Below, in pieces: positions 17,970 through 30,871 of a stretch of 64,000 bases of DNA. The position numbers and the translations under genes were made by a program. The stretch covers positions 62,060-126,059 of the forward strand of contig CAMDDU010000003.1 of NCBI GenBank assembly GCA_945892985.1, given 5' to 3'. The stretch is from Bordetella parapertussis. Its GTDB lineage: Bacteria; Pseudomonadota; Gammaproteobacteria; Burkholderiales; SG8-39. Numbering within the stretch: position 1 is the stretch's first letter; the number at the start of each line of letters is the position of its first letter. A model generated the notes under the pieces. The model did no database searches. It saw nothing but the letters and a program-made list of their open reading frames with translations, and was not told the origin of the DNA.

Positions 17970-19067
17970 TCAGGCGAGGGCGCCGACAAAATTGCGCCCG
18001 CGCGGACCTTGCATCGCGTCATCGATCATGCCGCGGGCCGTTTTTTCATCCACGCCATAGGCCGAGAATTGCGTGTCCACGCCAAGCATGCCGAGGAAGG
18101 CCTCTAATGCGGATGCCGGGTCGCCGACATCGGCGCCGAACACGCGGCCAAGCACGGCATCGCGGTCCGCTCGCTTGCCCTGCGCCAGCCGCCAGACCAT
18201 GGGAAGCGTGAAGGAACAGGCCAGGCCGTGCGGCAGGCCGTGCAGCAGGGTCATGTCGTAGGAAATGGAATGGGCCAGCGCGGTTTTGGTGTTGGAGAAG
18301 GCAAGGCCGGCGAGCAGGCTGGCCCGTGCGGCTGCGGTGCGTAGCGCCGGATCGTGGGGGGTTTTCAGCAAAGAGGGAAGCGTTGCAAGGACAGTGCGCG
18401 CGGCTTCAACCGCAAGCGTGTCGGAGATGGGGTTTGAATTGACGTTCCAGATGGACTCAAGCGCGTGCGACAAGGCGTCCAGCCCGCTATTGCGCGTGAC
18501 CGTCTCCGGCAAGGACAAAGTCAACTCCGGATCGACCAGCGCGGCCTGCGGCCAGGTTTCGTTCAGGTGTAGCGAGTATTTTTTTGGTTGGGCGGAGGTG
18601 CGGTCCCATAGGGTTGCCCAAGGTGTGACTTCGCTGCCGGTACCTGCGGTGGTCGGTACGGCGATCATCGGCAGGGCGCGGGTGACGGCCGGTGTCTTTC
18701 CGGCCGCGAGCGCGGCATGGATCTCGGAAAAATCACCGCTGGCGACACCCGGCAGCAGCATTTTTGCGCTGTCCAGCACCGATCCGCCGCCGACCGCGAG
18801 CACGATGCAGTCAGGATGTTTTGTCCAGAACGCCTTGTAGGTTTTACTCACCCAATCGAGTTCTGGATTAGGTTGCACGTTGTCGATCACGCCGGCCAGG
18901 CGCTTGCCCAGCATGGCTTCTAGCCGCGCGAGCAGTCCGGTGCTGGCGGCCTCAGGAAACGTCACAAGGACTGCATGCTTCTCGCCTAGCAATGCCGGCA
19001 GGCGCTCGAGCACGCCCCAGCCGAAATGAACGGCGACAGGGTTGTGGTACTGCCATGGCGTGCTCAA
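17970..19067 (-). CDS. iron-containing (group III) alcohol dehydrogenase, phosphonoacetaldehyde-reductase-like
   Basis: LAVGGGSVLDSAKML and His-rich metal motifs (ALSHALE, LAHSISY). A TTG at 19067 follows GAGAGG and lies 10 nt after the phnE stop. The alternative ATG at 19118 would overlap phnE by 41 nt. Confidence 0.7.
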   Translation of the reverse strand: MSTPWQYHNPVAVHFGWGVLERLPALLGEKHAVLVTFPEAASTGLLARLEAMLGKRLAGVIDNVQPNPELDWVSKTYKAFWTKHPDCIVLAVGGGSVLDSAKMLLPGVASGDFSEIHAALAAGKTPAVTRALPMIAVPTTAGTGSEVTPWATLWDRTSAQPKKYSLHLNETWPQAALVDPELTLSLPETVTRNSGLDALSHALESIWNVNSNPISDTLAVEAARTVLATLPSLLKTPHDPALRTAAARASLLAGLAFSNTKTALAHSISYDMTLLHGLPHGLACSFTLPMVWRLAQGKRADRDAVLGRVFGADVGDPASALEAFLGMLGVDTQFSAYGVDEKTARGMIDDAMQGPRGRNFVGALA

Positions 19068-19077
19068 GGTGAACCTC

Positions 19078-19875
19078 TCAGATATAGCGTTTGCGGATGC
19101 TTGCAGATAGCAGGTCAATGGTGGTGACGAACAGGATGATGATCAGCAGTACGGCGCAGGTCTGGGCGTACTGAAAGCCGCGGATGACCTCATAGAGCAC
19201 CACGCCGATACCCCCGGCGCCGACCATGCCGACCACCGAGGCTGAGCGCACATTCGACTCGAAGCGGTAGAGCGAGTAGGAAATCCACAGTGGCATGACC
19301 TGCGGAATAACGCCAAAGACGATTTCCTCGATGGCGAGGGCGCCGGTGGCGCGCACCCCTTCGACCGGGCGCGGATCGATGGCCTCGACCGCCTCGGAAA
19401 AGAGTTTGGCCAGCGTGCCCGTGGTGTGAATCCACAGGGCCAGAACCCCGGCAAAAGGACCAAGGCCGACGGCGACGATGAACAGCATTGCGAACACCAT
19501 CTCGTTGATGGCGCGGCAGGCGTCCATCATGCGACGCACCGGCTGGTAGACCCAGGCGGGCACGATGTTGGATGAGGAAAGCAGTCCGAAGGGGACTGCG
19601 CAGATGATCGCCAGAACCGTTCCCCATACGGCAATGTGCATCGTGGTGATCATCTCTTTGAGATAAATCTCCCAGTCGCGAAAGTCTGGCGGAAAAAATT
19701 CACTGGCGTACTTGGCCATGTTGCCCGAGTCGCGAAACAAGTCGAGCGGGCGTATCTCCGCGCCGTTCCAGGCCCAGCCGAGAAAAATCAGGAACGCCGC
19801 CCAGCCAAACAGTTGCGGCAGGGTGCTGCCCGCGGCGGGGTCTGCGGGCAGCGTCAGCGGGGCGGCGGTGCTCAT
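19078..19875 (-). CDS. phnE: phosphonate ABC transporter permease
   Basis: 265 aa with [16 protein letters not shown] and the [14 protein letters not shown] motif typical of PhnE. Confidence 0.85.
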   Translation of the reverse strand: MSTAAPLTLPADPAAGSTLPQLFGWAAFLIFLGWAWNGAEIRPLDLFRDSGNMAKYASEFFPPDFRDWEIYLKEMITTMHIAVWGTVLAIICAVPFGLLSSSNIVPAWVYQPVRRMMDACRAINEMVFAMLFIVAVGLGPFAGVLALWIHTTGTLAKLFSEAVEAIDPRPVEGVRATGALAIEEIVFGVIPQVMPLWISYSLYRFESNVRSASVVGMVGAGGIGVVLYEVIRGFQYAQTCAVLLIIILFVTTIDLLSASIRKRYI

Positions 19876-19878
19876 GTT

Positions 19879-20844
19879 TTATTTGACCAGTTTGGCCAGG
19901 TCGGCGAGCTTGCGGTCGATCTCGGCGATTTTGGTGGTGCGTTCCTGACTATTCATCTTGTCGTCGTTCTCGAACTTGATGCGGTCCTTGTACAGCTCGA
20001 GTTGGCGGATGGGCACCAGTTGCAGGTCGGTCGAATCGCGAAAGCCGGCAATTTGCTGCATGCCCTTGAGAATGTCCTTTTCACGCTGGTCCTTGCCGTA
20101 GCCGAGGACAAATTTCTTGATTTTTTCCTTCATGTCGGCGGGAAGATCCTTGCGCCAGACCAGCGGGTCACGCGGGATAAGCGGTGATGTCCAAAGAATC
20201 TTCACTTCAGCATGCTTGGCGGGGTCACGCAGCTTGAGTTTGTCCAGTTCTTCGCTGTTGTTGGTGGCGACATCGACCTGCTTGTTGATCACCGCCAGCA
20301 GGTTGCCGCCGTGATTGGCGCTGCGGGTGACGCGAAAGACGTTCTTGGGATCGAGTTTGCGCTGGCTGAATACGTAGTAGGTGGGGACCAGCGTGCCGGA
20401 CGTCGATTGCGGGTCGCCCATACCGAAGGACAGGCTCTTGCCATTGGCGATCATGTCGTCTATGGACTTGAGCGGGCTGTCGCGGTGGGTGATGACATAG
20501 GAGTAGTAGCCTGGCCGGCCCTCAAGGTCGATGAACTGTGCAAACACCTCGCCGCTGGCGCGGTCTACGGCCTCGATCGCCGATTTGTTGCCGTGCCAGG
20601 CCACCTGCAGTTTGCCGAAGCGCATGCCTTCGATGATGCCGGTGTAGTCGGTTGCGAAGAACCCGTTGATCTTGGTTCCTGTCGCCTTGGACATATCATC
20701 AAGGAAGGGCTGCCAGAGCTGTTTTAGCGCCGAGGAGGAATCTGTGGAGATAATGCCGAAATTTATTTCCTGTTGCGCATGCACGTTTCCGGCGAACAGT
20801 ACGGCGGCGGCAAGTCCTAACAGGGCTTTGAGTTTTGATTTCAT
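19879..20844 (-). CDS. phnD: phosphonate/phosphite ABC transporter substrate-binding protein
   Basis: The start is taken at MKSKLKALLGLAAAVLFAGNVHA (ATG 20842-20844, AGGAGA upstream). The PhnD-like body includes INFGIISTDSS and DPQSTSGTLVP. Confidence 0.85.
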   Translation of the reverse strand: MKSKLKALLGLAAAVLFAGNVHAQQEINFGIISTDSSSALKQLWQPFLDDMSKATGTKINGFFATDYTGIIEGMRFGKLQVAWHGNKSAIEAVDRASGEVFAQFIDLEGRPGYYSYVITHRDSPLKSIDDMIANGKSLSFGMGDPQSTSGTLVPTYYVFSQRKLDPKNVFRVTRSANHGGNLLAVINKQVDVATNNSEELDKLKLRDPAKHAEVKILWTSPLIPRDPLVWRKDLPADMKEKIKKFVLGYGKDQREKDILKGMQQIAGFRDSTDLQLVPIRQLELYKDRIKFENDDKMNSQERTTKIAEIDRKLADLAKLVK

Positions 20845-20909
20845 GTCTGGCTTCTCCTGGGGGGGGCGTGAGATGGATGCAGCGAATTCGTGTATGCAGG
20901 TGTCTAAGT

Positions 20910-21758
20910 TCAGGCCGCTGCGGTGGCAGGAGCCGATTTTTCTACTAATGAGCCGACCGATTCGGTGCCATCCAGCAGTTCCTCGACGGCTGCGCCATAG
21001 AGCGACTGCAGCATGGGCGGGGTCAGAGTGTCGGAGGGGCCGTCGTAAATAACCTCGCCCAGGCGCAGCGCGATGGTGCGCGGGCAAAAGCGCCGTGCGA
21101 ACTGCACCTGGTGCAGCGACACCAGCACGGTGATGCCGTGTTCGCGGTTGATGCGGGCGAGGATTTCCATGACGTTGCGCGCGCTCTCGGGGTCAAGCGA
21201 CGCGATGGGTTCGTCGGCAAGAATGACCTTGGCGCGCTGTACCAGGCAGCGCGCGATGGCAACGCGCTGTTGCTGTCCGCCTGAAAGCGTGCTGGCGCGC
21301 TGGTAGGCGATTTGCTCTATGCCGACCGCCTTGAGCGCGGTATAGGCCTCGAGTTTTTCAGCCTGGGTGAAGCGACCGATGATGCTGCGCCACAACGGCA
21401 CGCGTGGCAGCAGGCCGGTCAGCACATTGGTCAGAACGCTCAGGCGGCCAACGAGATTGAATTGTTGAAAGATGAAACCGATGTCGGCGCGCTTGGCGCG
21501 TATGTCGGGCGCCACCTTGCCGTTTGTTTGTATGGCGTGTGAACCAACGCGCACAGTACACGGGCCCGGATCGGCGGCGAGAAACCCCGACAAGTGGCGC
21601 AGCAGGGTGGACTTGCCCGATCCGGATGCGCCTATCAGCGCCACCATTTCACCCGGTTTTACGACAAGGCTGGCCTGCTTCAAGGCGGGATGACCCGCGC
21701 CGAAGGATTTGCTCAGGCGGCTGATTTCGATTCCGGCGGGTGAATGGTCTGCTTGCAT
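20910..21758 (-). CDS. phnC: phosphonate ABC transporter ATP-binding protein
   Basis: Walker A GASGSGKST, signature LSGGQQQRVAIAR and Walker B ILADEP. Confidence 0.85.
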   Translation of the reverse strand: MQADHSPAGIEISRLSKSFGAGHPALKQASLVVKPGEMVALIGASGSGKSTLLRHLSGFLAADPGPCTVRVGSHAIQTNGKVAPDIRAKRADIGFIFQQFNLVGRLSVLTNVLTGLLPRVPLWRSIIGRFTQAEKLEAYTALKAVGIEQIAYQRASTLSGGQQQRVAIARCLVQRAKVILADEPIASLDPESARNVMEILARINREHGITVLVSLHQVQFARRFCPRTIALRLGEVIYDGPSDTLTPPMLQSLYGAAVEELLDGTESVGSLVEKSAPATAAA

Positions 21759-21797
21759 ATCAGTTTATTTTTATCAGGATGATTATTAGCTGCAATC

Positions 21798-21815
21798 ATT
21801 ACGGCAATATGACAT
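21798..21815 (-). promoter_or_regulatory. candidate Pho box upstream of phnCDE
   Basis: The minus strand reads ATGTCAT-ATTG-CCGTAAT (about 11/14 to CTGTCAT-N4-CTGTCAT). A TAATAAT -10-like element follows 9 nt downstream (plus 21782-21788). Confidence 0.35.
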
Positions 21816-22038
21816 CACAGAACGACACGTAAATCAGCATAAAAAAGCAGCATAAAAAAGGCCGCGCTTGGCGCCAGTCTTTTCGCGACGCTGCCTACGC
21901 CGGCAACGCCCCACTTGCTTTTCCCTGTGCGCCAAGCGGTGTTTTGTCCTGGTGCGAACAGGGAGTCAACAGGGAGTCAGATGCCTTGTGCCTTTGCTTT
22001 GCGTCTCTTTTGGGTGTTTTTGTGTATTTCTGCGCACA

Positions 22039-22058
22039 GTAGATTGTTGACAATCTAC
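22039..22058. promoter_or_regulatory. perfect palindrome GTAGATTGT-TG-ACAATCTAC, candidate GntR (PhnR) operator overlapping a TTGACA -35
   Basis: 9-bp arms read directly from the sequence. TTGACA at 22047-22052 and TTTAAT at 22071-22076 (18-nt spacer) form a promoter-like pair just upstream of phnR. Confidence 0.5.
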
Positions 22059-22074
22059 AAGCTGTCGCGGTTTA

Positions 22075-25561
<3,487 letters not shown>

Positions 25562-25570
25562 CAGGCTGAA

Positions 25571-27259
25571 GTGCAGAACCTGCTGAACCTGCTGTCAGCT
25601 GTAGCCCTTTTGGTTTGGGGCACCCACCTTGTGCGCGCCGGCATCCTGCGCATTTACGGCGCGAAGTTGCGCGATGTTTTGTCGCAAAGCGTCAACAACC
25701 GGTTTTCCGCCGTCCTGGCCGGACTGGGGGTGACCGGACTGGTGCAAAGCAGTACGGCGACGGCGGTTATCGCCACCTCGTTTGCAGGTCGCGGTCTTAT
25801 CGCCACCGCATCGGCACTGGCCATCATGCTTGGAGCGGATGTCGGCACCAGCTTGATGGTGCAGGTGTTTTCCTTAGACCTGTCATGGCTGTCGCCGCTG
25901 CTGCTGTTCTGTGGTGTGGTGTTGTTCCTGTCGTGGCAAAACAGCACGGCCGGGCGCATTGGTCGCGTGCTTATCGGGCTTGGGCTGATTATTCTTGCGC
26001 TCAAGCTGATTATGGTGGCGACGCAGCCGTTCACGCAGGCGGCCGGGGTGAAGGTGATATTTGCCTCACTGACCGGGGATTTGATGCTCGATATGCTGGT
26101 CGGCGCGCTGTTCGCGGTGCTCTCCTATTCCAGCCTCGCCGTGGTGCTGTTGACGGCAACGCTGGTGTCCACCGGCATAATTTCGGTCAAGGTCGCGTTG
26201 GCCTTGGTTTTGGGGGCCAATCTGGGCAGCGGTATTCTTGCCGTGCTGACCACCTTGAATATGAGCCCGGAAGCGCGGCGGGTACCGCTAGGCAACCTCA
26301 TTTTCAAAGTGCTTGGCTGCCTGCTGTTTGTACCGTTTATCGGTCCGGTGCAGCAGTTGCTGGCTTCGCTCGATGCCGACCCCCAGAGAATGGTGGTCAA
26401 TTTTCACCTCTTGTTCAATGTGGTCCTGGCTGTGGTTTTTATTTATGCGACAGAACCGGTGGCGCGGCTGACGGCCCGTATCCTGTCGGCGCCGCGACGT
26501 GGTGATGACCCATCCCGGCCGCGCCATCTGGATCCGAGCGCGCTTGCCACGCCCTCACTTGCCATCGCCTGCGCCGCCCGGGAGGCGCTGCGTCTGGGAG
26601 ACGTCATAGAGACAATGCTCAAGGGCGTGCTCACAGTGTTGCAGACCAATGATCTTGCGCTGGGCAAGAGCCTCTGTGCAATGGAGGACACCGTGGATGA
26701 TCTCTACACGGCCATAAAACTTTACCTGACCCAGGTAAGCCACGAGGCGCTGGGTGACGCGGAAAGCCGGCGCTGGACGGACATTGTCACCTTTGCCATC
26801 AATATGGAGCACGTGGGGGACATGCTCGAGCGCATCCTGATCGACCTTGAGGAGAAGAAAATCCTGAAGAACCGGAATTTTTCCGAGGCTGGCATGGCGG
26901 AAATTTGTGATCTGCATCAACGACTGGTCGCAAACCTGCAACTTGGCTTATCAGTTTTTTTGGAAGGCGACTTGAAGAGCGCGCAACGCCTGATCGAGCA
27001 AAAGACGCAGTTTCGTAATGTGGAAATAGCGTATGCCGACAATCATCTTCGTCGCCTGCTTGACAATACGCCGCAAAGCGTTGAAACCAGCTCGCTTCAT
27101 CTTGACCTGATCAGTGACATGAAACGCATCAATTCGCACATTTGCTCGATTGCCTATCCGATTTTGGAGCAGGCCGGTGTTTTGAACCACAGCCGCCTGC
27201 GCGAGACCCAGTTGAGCGTGGCCAGTGGCGCAGTCAACGGCGCGCCGCGTGCAAGCTGA
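25571..27259 (+). CDS. Na/Pi-cotransporter family protein with C-terminal PhoU-like domain (YjbB/NptA-like)
   Basis: GTG start. The duplicated Na/Pi cotransporter motifs are LVQSSTATAV and LGANLGSG. The C-terminal helical region is PhoU-like. Confidence 0.8.
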   Translation: MQNLLNLLSAVALLVWGTHLVRAGILRIYGAKLRDVLSQSVNNRFSAVLAGLGVTGLVQSSTATAVIATSFAGRGLIATASALAIMLGADVGTSLMVQVFSLDLSWLSPLLLFCGVVLFLSWQNSTAGRIGRVLIGLGLIILALKLIMVATQPFTQAAGVKVIFASLTGDLMLDMLVGALFAVLSYSSLAVVLLTATLVSTGIISVKVALALVLGANLGSGILAVLTTLNMSPEARRVPLGNLIFKVLGCLLFVPFIGPVQQLLASLDADPQRMVVNFHLLFNVVLAVVFIYATEPVARLTARILSAPRRGDDPSRPRHLDPSALATPSLAIACAAREALRLGDVIETMLKGVLTVLQTNDLALGKSLCAMEDTVDDLYTAIKLYLTQVSHEALGDAESRRWTDIVTFAINMEHVGDMLERILIDLEEKKILKNRNFSEAGMAEICDLHQRLVANLQLGLSVFLEGDLKSAQRLIEQKTQFRNVEIAYADNHLRRLLDNTPQSVETSSLHLDLISDMKRINSHICSIAYPILEQAGVLNHSRLRETQLSVASGAVNGAPRAS

Positions 27260-27272
27260 GGAGAGAAAAACG

Positions 27273-27836
27273 GTGTCTATTTCCATCCTGGAAATCTGTG
27301 AGTTGTTTGAGCGCAAAGGGCATATGGCGTACTCAGGGGAGGGAGTGAGCCAGTTGGAGCATGCGCTGCAAAGTGCGCATCTGGCAGAAACAGCCGGGGC
27401 GACGAGCGCGCTCATCAGTGCCAGTTTTTTGCACGACCTGGGACATTTGCTTAACGATAGGAGGGAAACCCCGACGATGAGCGGTGTCGATGACACGCAC
27501 CAGTATTTTGCCATTCCCTTTTTGCGCGGTGTCTTTGGCCCCCAAGTGCTGGAACCCATTCGCCTGCACGTCGAGGCCAAGCGCTATCTTTGCCGCTTAC
27601 GCCCGGACTATTGGGCTTCGCTCTCGCCCGATTCGAAGCGAAGCCTGGAATTGCAAGGGGGCATTTATGCGCAAAAGGAGGCTGATGCGTTTATCGCCCG
27701 CCCGTATGCCGCGGATGCGGTTCGGCTTCGGATGTGGGATGACAATGCCAAGGTGACGGGGCATGAGACGCCGCCACTGGCGCACTTTGCCACGCATCTG
27801 CGCGCTTGCGCGCTGCCGGCAAGGCAAAGCGTCTGA
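27273..27836 (+). CDS. HD-domain protein of the phosphonate-operon-associated (PhnZ-like) clade
   Basis: GTG 27273 follows GAGGAGAG. The His/Asp ligand pattern is QLEHALQSA...FLHDLGHLL...HQYF...LHVEAKRYL...WDD, at a PhnZ-like length of about 187 aa. Confidence 0.65.
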   Translation: MSISILEICELFERKGHMAYSGEGVSQLEHALQSAHLAETAGATSALISASFLHDLGHLLNDRRETPTMSGVDDTHQYFAIPFLRGVFGPQVLEPIRLHVEAKRYLCRLRPDYWASLSPDSKRSLELQGGIYAQKEADAFIARPYAADAVRLRMWDDNAKVTGHETPPLAHFATHLRACALPARQSV

Positions 27837-27892
27837 AGGTGAAGGCTGCCGCGTTCTTGCGTGTTTGCCAGAGTTGACGGGGCTGTGAGATT

Positions 27893-28735
27893 TTGACCCT
27901 GAGTTTCGAGGTCACCATGTGGGTGCTGGGCGCCGCGCTGATGCACGCCGTCTGGAACACCATTATCAAGTCGAGCAAGTCCAAGCTGCTGGACACCACC
28001 TTGATGGTGTTTTTCGGCAGTCTGATCGCGCTGCTAATCATTCCATTTTTGCCACTGCCTGCGGCCGCATCATGGCCCTGGATCGCGGCATCGGTGACGC
28101 TGCATCTGTTTTATTATTTCGCCCTGATCGGTGCTTATCGTCATGGCGACTTATCGCACAGCTATCCGCTGATGCGTGGCGGGGCGCCGCTGCTGGTTGC
28201 GCTGATCGGACCGGTGGTCTTGCAAGAGCAACTGCCGCCAATCGCATGGATGGGAATCGGGCTTATCAGTTTTGGCATTATCGCGCCGGCGCTAAGGTCT
28301 CTGGCGCATCCTGGCACCCATCGCGCGACGGCCTTCGCGCTTGCCAACGCGACGATCATCGCTGCCTACACCCTGGTGGACGGCAAGGGGGCTCGCCTGT
28401 CCGGTGACCCGATCGCCTATTCGATGTGGCTGTTTTTTCTGGATGGTTTCGCACTCTGCGGCTATACGTGGGTGACGCGCCGTAAGGAGTTGCTCAGCTA
28501 CACGAAAGCGCGGTGGAAACCCGGCCTGGTTGGTGCGGTGTTCAGCATGGGCGCCTATGTGATTGCCATATGGGCCATGACCAAGGCCCCGGTGGCCATG
28601 GTCGCGGCATTGCGGGAAACCTCCGTCATCATTGCCGCGGTGATCGGCGCGACTTTGCTGAAAGAGCCACTCGGTGCCTGGAGAATTATCGGTGCGGCGC
28701 TCGTTGCAATCGGAATTCTGACGCTCAAGCTGTAG
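27893..28735 (+). CDS. EamA/DMT-superfamily transporter
   Basis: 10-helix hydrophobic profile in two EamA-like halves. The start may be ATG 27917. Confidence 0.7.
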   Translation: MTLSFEVTMWVLGAALMHAVWNTIIKSSKSKLLDTTLMVFFGSLIALLIIPFLPLPAAASWPWIAASVTLHLFYYFALIGAYRHGDLSHSYPLMRGGAPLLVALIGPVVLQEQLPPIAWMGIGLISFGIIAPALRSLAHPGTHRATAFALANATIIAAYTLVDGKGARLSGDPIAYSMWLFFLDGFALCGYTWVTRRKELLSYTKARWKPGLVGAVFSMGAYVIAIWAMTKAPVAMVAALRETSVIIAAVIGATLLKEPLGAWRIIGAALVAIGILTLKL

Positions 28736-28828
28736 CCGGTCTCGGGCAGCTTCGGGCGGTCGCGCCCGGCCCCCTGCTGGGGCGTGGCGTACAATGCGCG
28801 CTTTCCGCACCTTGATCCCCCTTAATTT

Positions 28829-30226
28829 ATGGTTCGCACGCGATTTGCTCCAAGCCCGACCGGCTATCTTCATCTAGGCGGCGCCCGTACGGCCCTGTTT
28901 GCCTGGGCCTATGCCCGCAAGCATGGCGGAAAATTCATTCTGCGCATCGAGGATACCGATCTTGAGCGCTCGACCGCGGCCTCTACGCAGGCTATTTTGG
29001 ACGGCATGAAATGGCTGGGGCTTGATCATGATGAGGGCCCGTTCTACCAAATGCAAAGGCTGGATCGTTATCGCGAGGCGGCAGAGGCCTTGCTGCGTGA
29101 TGGCAAGGCCTATTGGTGTTATGCCAGCAAGGAGGAACTCGATGTCATGCGCGAGCAACAGCGCGCGCGCGGTGACAAGCCCCGCTACGATGGACGCTGG
29201 CGTCCGGAGAATGCGAAGCGGCTCGGATTGGTGCCACCGGCCGGGGTAAAACCGGTTCTGCGGTTCAGGAATCCGGATGATGGCGAGGTGATATTCAAGG
29301 ACCTCGTCAAGGGTCCAATCACCATTGCCAATCGTGAGATCGACGATCTGGTTCTGCTGCGCGCCGATGGCGTGCCGACTTACAACTTCGGGGTGGTCAT
29401 CGACGACCGCGACATGGAAATCACGCATGTTATTCGCGGCGATGATCACGTCAATAACACGCCGAGGCAGGTCAACCTTTATCACGCACTGGGGGCGAAG
29501 CTGCCCGAGTTTGCCCATGTGCCGATGATCCTCGGGGCGGACGGGGAGCGTTTGTCCAAGCGTCATGGCGCGGTGAGCGTGATGCAGTATCCGGAGGATG
29601 GCTACCTGCCCGAGGCGATGCTCAATTACCTGGCTAGGTTGGGTTGGTCTCACGGCGATGAGGAGGTGTTCACGCTGGAGCAGTTCATCGAATGGTTTGA
29701 TCTCAGTCACATCAGCCACTCGGCTGCGCAGTTTAATCCTGAAAAATTGCGTTGGCTGAATCATCACTACATGAAGGCGCGACCCAATGTCAATTTAGCC
29801 GCACTGGTGAAGTCGAGGATTGAGGCCGATGGCGGGCGGTTTGATGGCGGGCCTGAATTGGAGCCGGTGGTCGGTTTGCTCAAGGATAGATCAGAGACCC
29901 TGGCGGTGCTGGCCGAGGAGGTCATGATGTTTTATGGCGATTCGCATGCGGCCCCTGAATTGCTCGCGCAGCACGTGACCGCGGAGGTGAAGCCGGCGCT
30001 GATCGATCTCGCCGTCCGGCTTGCGGGTATTGCCGACTGGACGAATGAGGGTATCAGCGCCGCCATCAAGGGCGTGTTGGAGGAGTTCAAGCTGAAAATG
30101 CCCAAGCTTGCCATTCCGGTGCGCGTTGCAGTGTTCGCTCGTCCGCAGACGCCTGATCTTGTCGCGGTGCTTTGCCTCGCCGGCAGGGAGAGGGTGATTG
30201 CCCGTTTGCGCAGCGCTACGGCCTGA
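28829..30226 (+). CDS. gltX: glutamate--tRNA ligase
   Basis: [24 protein letters not shown] (HIGH region) and the KMSKS-equivalent LSKRHG. Confidence 0.95.
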   Translation: MVRTRFAPSPTGYLHLGGARTALFAWAYARKHGGKFILRIEDTDLERSTAASTQAILDGMKWLGLDHDEGPFYQMQRLDRYREAAEALLRDGKAYWCYASKEELDVMREQQRARGDKPRYDGRWRPENAKRLGLVPPAGVKPVLRFRNPDDGEVIFKDLVKGPITIANREIDDLVLLRADGVPTYNFGVVIDDRDMEITHVIRGDDHVNNTPRQVNLYHALGAKLPEFAHVPMILGADGERLSKRHGAVSVMQYPEDGYLPEAMLNYLARLGWSHGDEEVFTLEQFIEWFDLSHISHSAAQFNPEKLRWLNHHYMKARPNVNLAALVKSRIEADGGRFDGGPELEPVVGLLKDRSETLAVLAEEVMMFYGDSHAAPELLAQHVTAEVKPALIDLAVRLAGIADWTNEGISAAIKGVLEEFKLKMPKLAIPVRVAVFARPQTPDLVAVLCLAGRERVIARLRSATA

Positions 30227-30271
30227 ATATTCAAGTCGTTCATCCAGGCAAGTAATTTTTCATCCAGGCAA

Positions 30272-30301
30272 TTTACAGGGATAGTAATTTACCCTTATAA
30301 T
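30272..30301 (+). promoter_or_regulatory. sigma70-type promoter for the tRNA-Ala/tRNA-Glu pair
   Basis: TTTACA (30272-30277), 18 nt, then TATAAT (30296-30301). The first tRNA starts 13 nt downstream. Confidence 0.55.
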
Positions 30302-30313
30302 GACGGGCTTCGT

Positions 30314-30389
<76 letters not shown>

Positions 30390-30425
30390 ACGAATCTGTG
30401 TAGTAGAGCAACATGGGCAGATTTT

Positions 30426-30501
30426 GTCCCCATCGTCTAGAGGCCTAGGACATCACCCTTTCACGGTGAGTACGCGAGTTCGAATCTCGCTGGGGACGCC
30501 A
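30426..30501 (+). tRNA. tRNA-Glu (anticodon TTC)
   Basis: 76 nt, GTCCCCATCGTCTAGAGGCCTAGGACATCACCCTTTCACGGTGAGTACGCGAGTTCGAATCTCGCTGGGGACGCCA. Anticodon loop CTTTCAC, encoded CCA. Confidence 0.95.
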
Positions 30502-30871
30502 ATAAATTCAAGGCGTTACAAAATAAAAACACGGATATAACGCCTTCGTGTCTAGTTTATATCTAGACCGCGTAGAAAAAACGGCAGGCGCAACGCCCGC
30601 TGGCAGATACAAACTTAGCGCGGTTCGCACAGTTGCCGCGCAATGCGCCTCAGCAGTTCGGTCGTTTCAACTATTTTGGCAACCCCGCCTAAGGCCATGA
30701 TGATCTGCGCTGCCTGACCCGTTTGCCGAAACCTGCTTGATGATCGTCGCCGGGTTTATACGGCCACCTCGCTGGTGAAGTTGCCCTTGTGAGGGCCATC
30801 AATCATGCTATGCACGTCAAGTAATTTGTTTGGCTATTGGGGGCAGTTGCATTTGAATATATTCCTCAAGC

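Noticed and set aside
21835-21979. Tandem repeats in the phn control region considered as a CRISPR or minisatellite
   Set aside because: There are only two copies each of 13-nt and 11-nt units, with no spacers and no cas genes. They are reported as candidate regulatory repeats instead. No CRISPR array exists anywhere in the window.
30510-30546. Hairpin AAGGCGTTA ... TAACGCCTT just after tRNA-Glu as a terminator
   Set aside because: The 9-bp stem is real, but the loop is 19 nt and no T-tract follows. It is not convincing as an intrinsic terminator and may simply be a processing or structural element.
30600-30840. Possible gene remnant on the minus strand downstream of the first Bug gene (…HSMIDGPHKGNFTSEVAV-stop-…GQAAQIIMALGGVAKIVETTELLRRIARQLCEPR)
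   Set aside because: It is about 75 codons with an internal TAA, and I cannot recognise any family. It could be decayed coding sequence next to the tRNA, but I cannot support a call.
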